Numbered from the stretch's first letter, positions 23,182-32,608 are shown. The stretch: DNA of 64,000 nucleotides from Gemmatimonadales bacterium (GCA_035491895.1 DATJJY010000063.1:6593-70592), one strand, 5' to 3'. Translations and numbers: made by a program. Notes: generated by a model from the sequence alone, not told the origin.

Positions 23182-23814
23182 CTCAAAGACATCGACATCG
23201 TCGAGCGAACCCAGCTCCTCAAGATCGCCGTCTGGTTCGGGCCGGCGACGTTCATCATGCTGTCGGCCGCCTGGGCGAAGGCTTACGCCCAGGGTTCGAT
23301 TCCCGGCTGGCTCTGCGCCCTCTTGATTGTCCTCGATCTCCCGCTGATCGCATTCGGGATACTCGGGATTCACGTGTTCACGAATCGCGCATCGCAGGGA
23401 CTCGTCCAGGGGATCTACGCGGTGGGCGACATCCCGCCGCCGCGCAGCTATCCACGGCAGGACGTGATGATCGTGCGGGGACAGTTCCAGGAGGCAGCGG
23501 ACTACTTCCGCGATCACCTCACCGTCGAGCCGGACGACAACGAGGCGCGACTGCGGTTGGCCGATCTGCTCGAGCAGCGGCTCAACGACCTCCCCGGTGC
23601 TGAACGATTGTACCTCGAGGTCCGGGGGCACCAGCCCATTCGCGGGGAGGAGATGCGGGCGTCGAACGGTCTGATCGATCTGTATCGCAAACAGGGCAAT
23701 CGCGAGCGGCTGCTGGTGGAGCTGGCGCGGTTCCGCGACCGCTACCCGGGGACGCCCGGGGCAGAGGCGGCAGCCCGTCTGTTGCAGGAGCTCAAGAGCC
23801 TGACTGACGTCTGA
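23176..23814 (+). CDS. membrane protein with C-terminal TPR-like region
   Basis: 212 aa. There are two TM segments (IAVWFGPATFIMLSAAWA, WLCALLIVLDLPLIAFGILGIHVF), then helical repeats (RGQFQEAADYFRDHLTVEPDDNEARLRLADLL...). The ATG lies inside the last heptamer repeat. Confidence 0.6.
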   Translation: MALKDIDIVERTQLLKIAVWFGPATFIMLSAAWAKAYAQGSIPGWLCALLIVLDLPLIAFGILGIHVFTNRASQGLVQGIYAVGDIPPPRSYPRQDVMIVRGQFQEAADYFRDHLTVEPDDNEARLRLADLLEQRLNDLPGAERLYLEVRGHQPIRGEEMRASNGLIDLYRKQGNRERLLVELARFRDRYPGTPGAEAAARLLQELKSLTDV

Positions 23815-23824
23815 CGTCTGACGT
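23804..23824. repeat. (TGACGTC)x3 tandem heptamer
   Basis: Read directly: TGACGTC at 23804-23810, 23811-23817 and 23818-23824. Each unit contains the palindrome GACGTC. The array spans the stop codon (23812-23814) of the plus-strand gene and ends 5 nt before the fabH stop. Confidence 0.9.
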
Positions 23825-23829
23825 CAGCA

Positions 23830-24825
23830 TCACCATCTCACCGCAGCACTCCCCCACGTAAACCCCGACCCGAACGCCGTCAGAATCAGCAACTCCCCGC
23901 GCCCCAGGCGCCCATCGCAGACCGCCTCGTGCAGGGCGATGGGAATCGACGCGGCGGTCGTGTTGCCGTACTTCTGGATGTTGTTGAAGATCTGGTCGTC
24001 GCGCAGCTCGAGCTGGCGCTGCACCATCTCGGAGATGCGCTGATTGGCCTGGTGCGCGATCAGGAGCTTCACGTCGCTCGTCGTATGGCCGTTCGTCTGG
24101 AGGGCGAGCTTCACCGACTCGGGCATCTTCGTCGTGGCGTGCTTGAAAACCTCGCGTCCTTCCATTTTGATTCGGGCCTTTCCGTCCGCGAGCATCTGGG
24201 CGCTGATCCATGGGACGTGCGACAGTCCCGGGCCGTCCATCCAGAGCTTCTCGGCCTGGCGACCGTCGCTGAAGAGGTGCGTGGAGAGGATGCCGCGCTT
24301 GGAGTCGTCGGTGGGCCCGAGAATCGCCACGCCCGCGCCGTCGCCGAAGATCACTGCCGTGTCGCGTCCCTCGGTTGTCGGCTCGAGTCCCGGCGACTGG
24401 ATTTCGGCTCCCACGAGCAGCACGCGGCGGTACTGACCGCAGCGGACCCACGCGTCGGCCACCGAGAGGCCATACAAAAAGCCGGTGCATTGATCGCGCA
24501 CGTCGAGCGCGGGGATATCGGTGACGCCGAGCAGGCGCTGCAAGAAGACGCCGTTGCCGGGGAAGAAGTGGTCGGGGGAGGCGGTCGCAAAGATGATGCA
24601 GTCGAGGTCCGTCGCCCGGAGACCCGCCTGGGCGAGCGCCATGCGCGTTGCCTCGGCGGCCAGCGAGGAGCAGGTCGTGCCGGGCTCCACCCAGCGCCGC
24701 TCCCGGATCCCGGTGCGCTGCGTAATCCATTCGTCCGACGTGTCCATCAGCTTGGACAGGTCGTCATTGGTAACAACGCGCGGGGGAACGTAGAACCCAG
24801 TGGCAATGAATTCAGTGCGAGCCAT
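23830..24825 (-). CDS. fabH: beta-ketoacyl-ACP synthase III
   Basis: 331 aa. The protein reads MARTEFIATGFYVPPRVVTNDDLSKLMDTSDEWITQRTGIRERRW. The active-site Cys context is DQCTGFLYGL. HQANQRI and GNTTAASIP are typical FabH motifs. Confidence 0.9.
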   Translation of the reverse strand: MARTEFIATGFYVPPRVVTNDDLSKLMDTSDEWITQRTGIRERRWVEPGTTCSSLAAEATRMALAQAGLRATDLDCIIFATASPDHFFPGNGVFLQRLLGVTDIPALDVRDQCTGFLYGLSVADAWVRCGQYRRVLLVGAEIQSPGLEPTTEGRDTAVIFGDGAGVAILGPTDDSKRGILSTHLFSDGRQAEKLWMDGPGLSHVPWISAQMLADGKARIKMEGREVFKHATTKMPESVKLALQTNGHTTSDVKLLIAHQANQRISEMVQRQLELRDDQIFNNIQKYGNTTAASIPIALHEAVCDGRLGRGELLILTAFGSGFTWGSAAVRW

Positions 24826-24959
24826 GCACCCTCTGTTTCACTGACACCTGTTCACCCCTGTGCGTCGGCACGTCTGTACGTCTGCAATGTCTATCATCTA
24901 GCTTTTCACTGTAGTTGAGAGAAGATTTGCCGCTTACTAACTCCCCCGCAAGGGAGCCC

Positions 24960-25217
24960 ATGGAGCTGACGATCACACGCGCGCAGTGCGACGCAGTGCG
25001 CGCCGCCAAGCATCTTCCCGACGTGCTGAAGCGCGTGCTCGACGGCGCGAAGCCCGCGGGGGGTGGATTCGTGCTGCACCTCACCTACGAGGAGGCGACG
25101 GCGCTGCAGGAGCTGGCCGCCTGGAGCGTCCACACCGACGATGCGGGAGTCGTGACACCCGAATCGCAGATCTTCGACGACCTCGTCAAAGCCATCATCA
25201 CTCACCCGGACTACTGA
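24960..25217 (+). CDS. hypothetical protein
   Basis: The start is set at ATG 24960, preceded by AGGGAG, giving MELTITRAQCDAVRAAKHLPDVLKRVL... The stop lies 3 nt before the S9 peptidase start. No family recognised. Confidence 0.5.
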   Translation: MELTITRAQCDAVRAAKHLPDVLKRVLDGAKPAGGGFVLHLTYEEATALQELAAWSVHTDDAGVVTPESQIFDDLVKAIITHPDY

Positions 25218-25220
25218 CCC

Positions 25221-27251
25221 ATGCGAGCGCTGCGCTTCCTTTCCCTGTCGATCCTCTCGATCACCGCCATCCCGCCGCTCGCCGCCCAGAAGCGCGCCAT
25301 CACTTTCGACGACTACATCGCGCTCCCCGTCGTCTCCGATCCCCAGCTCTCGCCGGACGGGAAATGGGTGGTGTACACGGTGACGACGCCTTCGCTCAAG
25401 GAGAATCGCGGCATCGCGCGGCTGTGGCTCGCCGATATCGCCGGCGGGCAGCCGCGCCAGATCACTCAGGGGCCCGGCTCGGACCGCTCGCCCCGCTGGT
25501 CCCCCGACGGGAAGACGATCGCTTTCATCTCGAGCCGGCAGGGAGGCCCCCAGATCTGGGCGCTGTCCACGGCCGGCGGCGAGGCGCGCAAGATCACGAG
25601 CATCGACGACGGTGTGGGCGAGATCTACTGGAGGCCGGACGGACGCAGCCTCCTGGCCGTCGTCGACGTGAAATGGCCGCCCGATCAGGAGATCGACAAG
25701 CGCAACGGCGACTACCAGACCGATGCCAGGATCTGGACCGAGCTCCTCTGGCGCCATTGGGACGACTTCCGCGCGGGACACCGCCAGCACGTCTTCAGCG
25801 TCGATTTCGCGAGCGGGAAGGCGACCGATCTGACGCCGCTGGACCACGACGTGCCCGCGATCGCGACGAGCGGGGACGGCGACGTGGCGACGTCACCCGA
25901 TGGGAGGGAAATCGCGGTCGCCATGCACGGCGATACCGTGGTCGCCACCAACACCAACGTCGACATCTACGTCATGGGCCCCGATGGCTCGGGGATGCGC
26001 AATGTCACGGCGGCACTGCCGGGAGCGGAGAACACGCCGCGCTACTCCCCCGACGGAAAGTGGCTCTCGTTTCTCTCGATGCCGCGCGCCGGATTCGAAG
26101 CCGACCGGCAGCGCCTGATGCTGGCCGCCAGGAGCGACGGCAAGCTGGCAGCGGCTCCTGTCGACGCCACGGCCGGGTGGACCCTCTCCGTCGGCTCCTA
26201 CACCTGGTGCGCCGATTCGAAGTGCGTGTACGCGGTCGTGGAGGATCGCGGACGCGAGAACGTCTACAAGATCGAGCTTCCTTCGTACCGCCGGTCCATC
26301 GCCGTATCGGGCGGCGTGAACACGAACCCCGATCCCTCGGCCGACGGGAAGACGCTCGTCTACCTGCGCCAGACCGATACGCACCCCGCGGAGGTGTGGG
26401 TCAATGGAGCGGCGCTGACGCACCACACCGATGCCGGGATCGCGCCGCTCGATCTCCCGCCGCTCGAATGGTTCGGCTTCGTTGGCGCCCGCGGCGATTC
26501 GGTATTCGGGTGGCTACAGAAGCCCCCCGCCTTCGACCCGGCGAAGAAGTATCCGCTCGTCTACCTGCTGCACGGCGGCCCGCAGACGTCGTGGATGGAT
26601 CTGTGGCACGCCCGCTGGAACTATCAGATGTTCGCCAGCCACGGCTACGTCGTCGCGGTCGTGAACCGCCACGGCTCGACGGGGTTTGGGCAGGCGTTCA
26701 CCGACGCCGTCTCACAGCACTGGGGTGATTGGCCGTACGAAGACGTGATGAAGGGGCTCGATGTGGTGACACAGATGTCCTTCGTCGACTCGACGCGCAT
26801 GTGCGCCGCCGGAGCGAGCTATGGCGGCTACATGGTCTACTGGATCGCGGGCCACACCGACCGGTTCAAGTGTCTCGTTGCCCACGACGGCGTCTTCAAC
26901 ACCGTGAGCATGGGCGGCTCGACCGAGGAGCTGTGGTTTCCAAACTGGGAATTCGGCGGCACGCTGTACCAGGCGCGCGATCAGTGGGAGAAGTGGTCGC
27001 CGGTGAACTTCGTCAAGAATTGGAAGGCGCCGATGCTGGTCGTGCACTCGCAGCTCGACTACCGCGTCGACCTCTCCGAGGGCTATCAGGCCTTCACGGC
27101 GGCCCGGCAGATGGGTGTCCCCGCCAAGTTCCTCTACTTCCCCGACGAGGGCCACTGGGTGCTGAAGCCGCGCAACCGGCGGATCTGGTGGGGCGTCGTG
27201 CTGGACTGGATGGACCAATACCTGAAAACGCCCGTCGTGGGAAGTCGCTAA
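25221..27251 (+). CDS. S9 family serine peptidase (beta-propeller + prolyl-oligopeptidase-type hydrolase domain)
   Basis: Signal peptide MRALRFLSLSILSITAIPPLAAQ. PD40-like repeats (SPDGKWVVYT, SPDGKTIAFIS, SPDGKWLSFLS). The nucleophile elbow is GASYGGYM. The Asp context is VHSQLDYRV and the His context is DEGHWV. Confidence 0.9.
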   Translation: MRALRFLSLSILSITAIPPLAAQKRAITFDDYIALPVVSDPQLSPDGKWVVYTVTTPSLKENRGIARLWLADIAGGQPRQITQGPGSDRSPRWSPDGKTIAFISSRQGGPQIWALSTAGGEARKITSIDDGVGEIYWRPDGRSLLAVVDVKWPPDQEIDKRNGDYQTDARIWTELLWRHWDDFRAGHRQHVFSVDFASGKATDLTPLDHDVPAIATSGDGDVATSPDGREIAVAMHGDTVVATNTNVDIYVMGPDGSGMRNVTAALPGAENTPRYSPDGKWLSFLSMPRAGFEADRQRLMLAARSDGKLAAAPVDATAGWTLSVGSYTWCADSKCVYAVVEDRGRENVYKIELPSYRRSIAVSGGVNTNPDPSADGKTLVYLRQTDTHPAEVWVNGAALTHHTDAGIAPLDLPPLEWFGFVGARGDSVFGWLQKPPAFDPAKKYPLVYLLHGGPQTSWMDLWHARWNYQMFASHGYVVAVVNRHGSTGFGQAFTDAVSQHWGDWPYEDVMKGLDVVTQMSFVDSTRMCAAGASYGGYMVYWIAGHTDRFKCLVAHDGVFNTVSMGGSTEELWFPNWEFGGTLYQARDQWEKWSPVNFVKNWKAPMLVVHSQLDYRVDLSEGYQAFTAARQMGVPAKFLYFPDEGHWVLKPRNRRIWWGVVLDWMDQYLKTPVVGSR

Positions 27252-27331
27252 AGGCGAGAGAGGTGAGAAGTGAGAGGTGAGAGGTCAAAAGGGAAGTCCC
27301 TCTTACCTCTTACCTCTCACCTCTCACGCCT
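27252..27331. terminator. long imperfect hairpin made of GAGAGGT-type heptamers (bidirectional terminator candidate)
   Basis: Left arm 27252-27284: aggcgaGAGAGGTGAGAAGTGAGAGGTGAGAGG. Loop 27285-27298: tcaaaagggaagtc. Right arm 27299-27331: CCTCTTACCTCTTACCTCTCACCTCTCACGCCT. This gives about 33 bp with 2 mismatches and 2 G-U pairs (paired by hand). It lies between convergent stops at 27251 and 27337. Confidence 0.7.
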
Positions 27332-27336
27332 CTCGT

Positions 27337-29286
27337 TCAGGGTTTCGTCCACACGTTGTTTGCTCTCCGGACGTCCGGGAAGTTGTGGGACGCATCGACC
27401 TCCACCTTCACGAGATCGCGTGTTGCCGGCAGTTCGTACCTGTAATGGTTGCCGAGGTACCAGACTTCGACAGGCAGTCGAGTCATTTGCTTCGTCCCGT
27501 CGCCCCAGGTGAGGGTGAGGTCCACCGGCATCGGAAGCTGCCCCGGGCTCGAGAGCCAGATCCGCGCCGACCGGGTGCCGGCCGAATCGGTGGCGGTCGT
27601 TACCGAGTCCACCGCCTCATCGACCACGTCGTTGCGATAAAACCAGCCGCGCCAGAACCACGACAGGTCTTCCCCCAGCCCGTCTTCCATAGTGCGGAAA
27701 AAGTCGGCGGGTGTGGGGTGCTTGAACGCCCAGCGTCGGATGTACTCACGAAAGGCCGTGTCGAAGCGTGCCGTATCGCTCAGCACCTCGTGGCGCAGCA
27801 GATAGAGCCCGACTGCCGGCTTGTCGTAGCCAGCGGCGCCCAAGGCCTGGGCGGGAATGCGGTCGGCGGGGAGGATCGACGGAACGTCACGGCCCGTAGC
27901 GGCGTAGTTGCCCCAGGTGTCGATGCCCGCGCTCGCCTCTCCCGTCGTGTCGTGATAGAAGGCGCGATCCGAATAGATGTTGATGAAGGTGTTGAACCCC
28001 TCGTCCTGCCAGGCATACAGCCGCTCGTTCGATCCGACCATCATCGGGAACCATTGATGGCCCAGCTCGTGGGTGGTGACGCCGAACAGCCCTCGGCCCC
28101 CCGCGCGCGCGCCGCAGAACACGATCATCGGATACTCCATCCCGCCCACGGGACCCGCGATGTTGATCGCCGTCGGATAGGGATAGGGGAACCACTTCTC
28201 CGAGTAATGCTTGATCGTGTGCCGTACGTACACCGTCGATTTGGCCCAATCGGCGTTCGCTTCCGGCGGGTAGAACGACTGCATCAGAATGCCGTTCCAG
28301 CCGCTCGCGTCCCATACGAAATTCGGGGCGGCGGCCCAGGCGACATCGCGGACGTTCTTGGCGCTGAAGTGCCAGGTGAGGGTGGGGGAGGCCCCGGGGG
28401 GCCTAGTCTCCGGCTTGCCGGCTTCGTCTCGCGCGACGATCGCGACCGTCGAGTCGGCGGTCCGGGCGCGGGCGAGGCGCGCGCGCTCGGTCGGGGTGAG
28501 CACCTCCAACGGATTGAGCAGCGTGCCGCTTCCCGCCACGATGAAGCTGTGCGGCACCGTCACCGAGAAGTCGATGTCGCCGTACTCGAGGTAGAACTCA
28601 CCCTGGCCGAAGTACTGCTCCGTGTTCCAGCCGCGCACGTCGTCGTACACGGCGAGACGCGGAAACCACTCCGCGATCTCGTAGAGCCACCCTGCGGTGA
28701 ACCGTTGGCGTCCCATCCGGTCGGAGCCGTGCTCGGGCACCTGGAAGGTGTAGTCGAGCGACAGGGTGACGGCGGCGCCCGAAGGGAGCGGCTGGTCGAG
28801 ATCCACGCGCATCATCGTGCCGTTGACCGTCGTGGCGAGCGGCACCGGGCGCGTCCGGCCGGCCGCAGGACCGCGCTGCGCTGACCATCCGTGGATCCGG
28901 TAGCCGCCCTGAAAGCCCCGCGCCGCCCAGCGGGCGTCCTCCGGATAAATGAAGCTTCCCAAACTTCCTTCCGCGTAGATGTTCTGGTCCACCTGGAACC
29001 AGAGGTAGCGCAGCGCGTCAGGCGAATGATTCGTGTAACGGATCGTTTCGCTTCCCGAGACGCTGTGTGTGCCCGTGTCGAGCGTCGCGTGAATGGTGTA
29101 GTCGACCCGCTGCTGCCAGTAGCGCGGACCGGGTGTGCCCGCACCGGTACGGATCTCGTTCGGCGACGGCAGGGCGAGCCGCCGGAACGGCGACGTGTCT
29201 CCGACACCCACCGGGATGACGGAAGACGCGGGAGCTTGGGTGGGTTGTTGCAGGACGGCGGCGAAGAGCAGCGTCACGACGGTCAT
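27337..29286 (-). CDS. M1 family metallopeptidase (aminopeptidase N-like), secreted
   Basis: HELGHQWF followed by 18 residues and then E (WQDEGFNTF) is the HEXXH-X18-E gluzincin signature. The N-terminus is hydrophobic: MTVVTLLFAAVLQQP. Confidence 0.9.
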   Translation of the reverse strand: MTVVTLLFAAVLQQPTQAPASSVIPVGVGDTSPFRRLALPSPNEIRTGAGTPGPRYWQQRVDYTIHATLDTGTHSVSGSETIRYTNHSPDALRYLWFQVDQNIYAEGSLGSFIYPEDARWAARGFQGGYRIHGWSAQRGPAAGRTRPVPLATTVNGTMMRVDLDQPLPSGAAVTLSLDYTFQVPEHGSDRMGRQRFTAGWLYEIAEWFPRLAVYDDVRGWNTEQYFGQGEFYLEYGDIDFSVTVPHSFIVAGSGTLLNPLEVLTPTERARLARARTADSTVAIVARDEAGKPETRPPGASPTLTWHFSAKNVRDVAWAAAPNFVWDASGWNGILMQSFYPPEANADWAKSTVYVRHTIKHYSEKWFPYPYPTAINIAGPVGGMEYPMIVFCGARAGGRGLFGVTTHELGHQWFPMMVGSNERLYAWQDEGFNTFINIYSDRAFYHDTTGEASAGIDTWGNYAATGRDVPSILPADRIPAQALGAAGYDKPAVGLYLLRHEVLSDTARFDTAFREYIRRWAFKHPTPADFFRTMEDGLGEDLSWFWRGWFYRNDVVDEAVDSVTTATDSAGTRSARIWLSSPGQLPMPVDLTLTWGDGTKQMTRLPVEVWYLGNHYRYELPATRDLVKVEVDASHNFPDVRRANNVWTKP

Positions 29287-29321
29287 CTGGTTGATACCTC
29301 GAGGAAATGGGTGGTGACGGC

Positions 29322-31589
29322 CTACTCTACGTCGACCGATACCTGATCGCTCTTGCCGCTGGCGTCGACGGCGCGGATCGTGTGGCGCCCGTGCGCGATC
29401 GGCCAGCGCTCACTGCGCCACGCCCGTCCATCGACGTACCAGCGCACGCCCGAGCCTCCCACAGCACGAAGTGAAATGGTCGCGTAGCGCGCCTCTACTC
29501 CCACAGGCACGGAATAGCGGTCGCCGTCCTGGGGACTGGTGATCCGGAAACCTCCCACGGGTGGGTTAACCCCGGGCCAACGGCCCATCGTAGTGGTTGC
29601 CGCTGCCGGCTCCGGGGTGGCCCCCACACCTGACCCAGGAGTTGAGGCTGCCCACTCCGCGTACTCCGCTGGCAACACCACCTGCCCACTGCGGTGCCAG
29701 TCGCACGTCCGAACGGGCTCGGTGCCAGGGACGAACCACTCGTCCGCGGGCGGGCACTCCGGTCCTGCCCGGAGTCCCGAAAGCCGGCAGATCTTGACCA
29801 CCACCGCGCCGACCTCTCCGGGCGTCGCAAACACGCCGGGCGGAACCCGCTGCGCTACGAGCAGCGCGGCGCGGTGCAGCAAGGGCCCGGCGCCGGTGAT
29901 GCCGCCCACGCCCTGCATGGGGGTGCCGTTGAAGTTGCCGACCCACACGGCGACGGTGAAGCGGCCGGTCGTCGCTACCGCCCAGTTGTCGGTGAAGTGC
30001 CGGCTCGTCCCGGTCTTCGCCGCCGCCTTGAAGGGAAAGTCGAGCGGCGTTTCGCTCCCGAAGCTCGGCAGCCGGGCCACCGGATCGCTCAACACGTCGA
30101 GCACCAGCGCCGCCGCCTGACGCGACATGACGCGCCGCTCCTCGAGCGGCGCCTCGGCGCTCGTGTTCCAGCGGACCGGCCGCCACACCCCGCCGTTGGC
30201 GAGGGCGCGATATCCGTTCGCCAGCTCGAGCAGCGTGACGTCGCCGTTCCCGAGGGCCAGTCCCAATCCATAGTACTCGGCGGAATGGTCGAGCGTGGCG
30301 AACCCCGCGGTGTGCAGCGTGCTCAGCAGGCTCGCCACGCCGATCCGCTGTGCCAGCTCGACGGCGGGAACGTTGTAGGAGCTGCCCAGCGCATCGCGCG
30401 CCCGCACCGGGCCGTGGAAGGCGCGGTCGTAGTTGCGCGGGCGATACGGCCCGAATGTCGTCTCGTAGGTGTGCGGGATGTCGGGCAGCACCGTCGCCGG
30501 CGTGACCCCGCGGTCGAAGGCGAGACCGTAGAGGAACGGTTTGAGCGCCGACCCCGGTTGGCGCGGCGAGATCACCATGTCCACCTGGCCCGCGGTGTCG
30601 GCGAAGAAATCGGGCGAGCCGACCCAGGCGAGGACGTCGCCATCGGTGTTGTCGAGCACGATGAGTGCGGCGTGGGCGACGCCCTTGTCCCGCAACACCT
30701 CCACCGTATGGCGGACCTCCGCCTCGAGCGCCGTCTGCAGGCCGAGGTCGAGCGTCGTGCGCCACTCGCCGCTCGGGATCGCGCCGTTCTGCCCCGCCTC
30801 CTCCAGCACGTGCGTCGTGAAGTGGGGAGCCAGAAACGGCGTCTCGGCGTCGTGCACCAGTACCGGCTCGAGGTTGGCGCGCTGCACGTCCTCCGCGCGC
30901 GAGAACCCCAGCGCCGCCATGCGCCCGAGCGCGATCCGGCGACGCGCACGAGCGCGGTCGATCGAGACGAGCGGGTTGTCGCGGGCGGGCGCGTGCGCGA
31001 GTGAGGCGAGCAGCGCCGCCTGCCCGAGGCTCAAGGCTCGCGGGTCGGCATCGAAGTAGAGCTCCGCGGCCGCGGTGACACCGGCCGTTCCCTGGCCGAG
31101 CGGCACGCGATTCAGGTATTGCTCGAGGATCGTCTGCTTGTCGAGGTGGAGGTCCAGCCGCCAGCTCCAGAGGATCTGGCTCACCTTGCCCGGAATGGTG
31201 CGCGCTGTTCCCCTGAGCAGGCGCGCCAGCTGCATCGTGATCGTCGAGCCGCCCGCGACGAGGCCGCCGGCGCGCACATCCTGCCACGCGGCGCGGCCCA
31301 GGGCGCGCAGGTCGACGCCGTGGTGGTCGTAGAAGCGGTGGTCCTCCACGGCGAGGAACGCCTGCAGCAGCTTGGGATCGAGGTCGCCGAGGCTCGTCCA
31401 GCCGCCGCGCCCTTCCGGGCCCCTCGTGGCGCGCAACGGCAGGCCATGCCGGTCGAGCAGCACGAGTCGCGGTACGGGACCGGGGTTGGCGAGCGAGGCG
31501 GGGAGGGGCAGGGCGATCCAGCCGACGAGCAGCACGACCATGACGGCCAGAGCCGCCGCGCTGCGCCGGAGCAGCCGCCGCCGTGTCAT
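29322..31589 (-). CDS. pbpC: penicillin-binding protein 1C (bifunctional transglycosylase/transpeptidase)
   Basis: The start is trimmed to ATG 31589 (MTRRRLLRRSAAALAVMVVLLVGW), which forms an ATGA overlap with the upstream stop. GT51 motifs: AVEDHRFYDHHGVD, GGSTITMQLAR. Transpeptidase motif: RQPGSALKPF. The C-terminal roughly 100-aa beta-domain is typical of PBP1C. Confidence 0.85.
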   Translation of the reverse strand: MTRRRLLRRSAAALAVMVVLLVGWIALPLPASLANPGPVPRLVLLDRHGLPLRATRGPEGRGGWTSLGDLDPKLLQAFLAVEDHRFYDHHGVDLRALGRAAWQDVRAGGLVAGGSTITMQLARLLRGTARTIPGKVSQILWSWRLDLHLDKQTILEQYLNRVPLGQGTAGVTAAAELYFDADPRALSLGQAALLASLAHAPARDNPLVSIDRARARRRIALGRMAALGFSRAEDVQRANLEPVLVHDAETPFLAPHFTTHVLEEAGQNGAIPSGEWRTTLDLGLQTALEAEVRHTVEVLRDKGVAHAALIVLDNTDGDVLAWVGSPDFFADTAGQVDMVISPRQPGSALKPFLYGLAFDRGVTPATVLPDIPHTYETTFGPYRPRNYDRAFHGPVRARDALGSSYNVPAVELAQRIGVASLLSTLHTAGFATLDHSAEYYGLGLALGNGDVTLLELANGYRALANGGVWRPVRWNTSAEAPLEERRVMSRQAAALVLDVLSDPVARLPSFGSETPLDFPFKAAAKTGTSRHFTDNWAVATTGRFTVAVWVGNFNGTPMQGVGGITGAGPLLHRAALLVAQRVPPGVFATPGEVGAVVVKICRLSGLRAGPECPPADEWFVPGTEPVRTCDWHRSGQVVLPAEYAEWAASTPGSGVGATPEPAAATTTMGRWPGVNPPVGGFRITSPQDGDRYSVPVGVEARYATISLRAVGGSGVRWYVDGRAWRSERWPIAHGRHTIRAVDASGKSDQVSVDVE

Positions 31590-32608
31590 GCCGCCGCTCC
31601 GAGCCGCGCTTCCGCGAGCTGGTCCGCGGCGGCGGCTGGCGTGATTCCCTGAGCCTCGGCGCTCGCAAAGATCTCGAGCATGGTGTCGTAGATGGCGTCG
31701 ATCGTCGTCCGGTTGCGCTCTTCCGTCCACCCGAAGAGGTAGCGCGCCCCGTCGATCACCCCACCGGCGTTCGCGATGTAATCGGGACCGTACAGAATTC
31801 CCCGAGCCGCAAGCCGGTCGGCGTCGGCCGGCTCGGCGAGCTGGTTGTTGGCCGCGCCGACCACGATCTCGCACCGCAGCGTCGGAATCGTTGCGCGATC
31901 GAGCACGCCGCCCAGGGCGCAGGGAACGAAGCCCTGCGCCGCAGCGCTCGTGATGGCACCGGCCGGCACGACCTGGTCGATGCCGGCTCGTACCACACGG
32001 CGGGCCCGAGCGTCGTCCATGTCAGCCACGAGGAGCCTGGCCCCCGCGTCCTGTAGCATGCGCGCGAGCGCCGCGCCGATGTGCCCGCAGCCCTGCAGCG
32101 CGAGCGTGCGGTCGCGCAAGTCGTCCGTCCCCCAACGACGCCGGGCGGCTGCCTGCAGGGCGCGAAATACTCCACGCGCCGTGAATGGCGACGGATCGCG
32201 CAGCCCCGCGACGTGCTGTGTTTCGCGCCGTACGATCGCCATGTCTTCGTGAGAGGTCCCGACGTCTTCGGCGGTGATGTAGCGGCCGCCCAGGTGCTCG
32301 ACGAATCGGCCGTGGGCCTGAAACAGCTTCTCTCGCGATGCGTGGCGGTGATCGGCGATGATCACCGACTTGCCGCCGCCCATGGGAAGACCCGCGGCAG
32401 CGGCCTTGTAGGACATCGCGCGCGACAGGCGTAGAGCGTCGGCGAGCGCGTCGGCGTCGGAGTCATAGCGCCAGAGACGCGTCCCGCCGCACGCCGGCCC
32501 CAGCCGCGTGTTGTGAATCGCGATGATGGCCCGGTATCCCGCCCGCTCGTCCTCCGCCTGGAGCACGAGCTCGTGCTCGGTGCCGGGGTGGAGCTCGGTG
32601 ATGCGCAT
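31586..32608 (-). CDS. Glu/Leu/Phe/Val dehydrogenase family enzyme (leucine/valine dehydrogenase-like)
   Basis: The start is set at ATG 32608 (MRITELHPGTEHELVLQAEDERAGYRAIIAIHNTRLGPACGGTRLW). The catalytic Lys context is GLPMGGGKSVI. The Rossmann motif is LQGCGHIGAAL. Confidence 0.85.
   Translation of the reverse strand: MRITELHPGTEHELVLQAEDERAGYRAIIAIHNTRLGPACGGTRLWRYDSDADALADALRLSRAMSYKAAAAGLPMGGGKSVIIADHRHASREKLFQAHGRFVEHLGGRYITAEDVGTSHEDMAIVRRETQHVAGLRDPSPFTARGVFRALQAAARRRWGTDDLRDRTLALQGCGHIGAALARMLQDAGARLLVADMDDARARRVVRAGIDQVVPAGAITSAAAQGFVPCALGGVLDRATIPTLRCEIVVGAANNQLAEPADADRLAARGILYGPDYIANAGGVIDGARYLFGWTEERNRTTIDAIYDTMLEIFASAEAQGITPAAAADQLAEARLGAAA

Noticed and set aside
23083-27331. 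Possible CRISPR array suggested by short repeated units in several spacers
   Set aside because: The units are 7-10 nt, directly abutting or inverted, with no unique spacers of 25-40 nt and no cas genes. These are simple tandem or inverted repeats, not CRISPR.
29566-31668. 700-aa minus-strand ORF and 436-aa plus-strand ORF (29694-31004) within pbpC
   Set aside because: These are alternative or antisense frames of a gene with clear GT51 and transpeptidase motifs. They are Arg/Pro/Gly-rich low-complexity translations.
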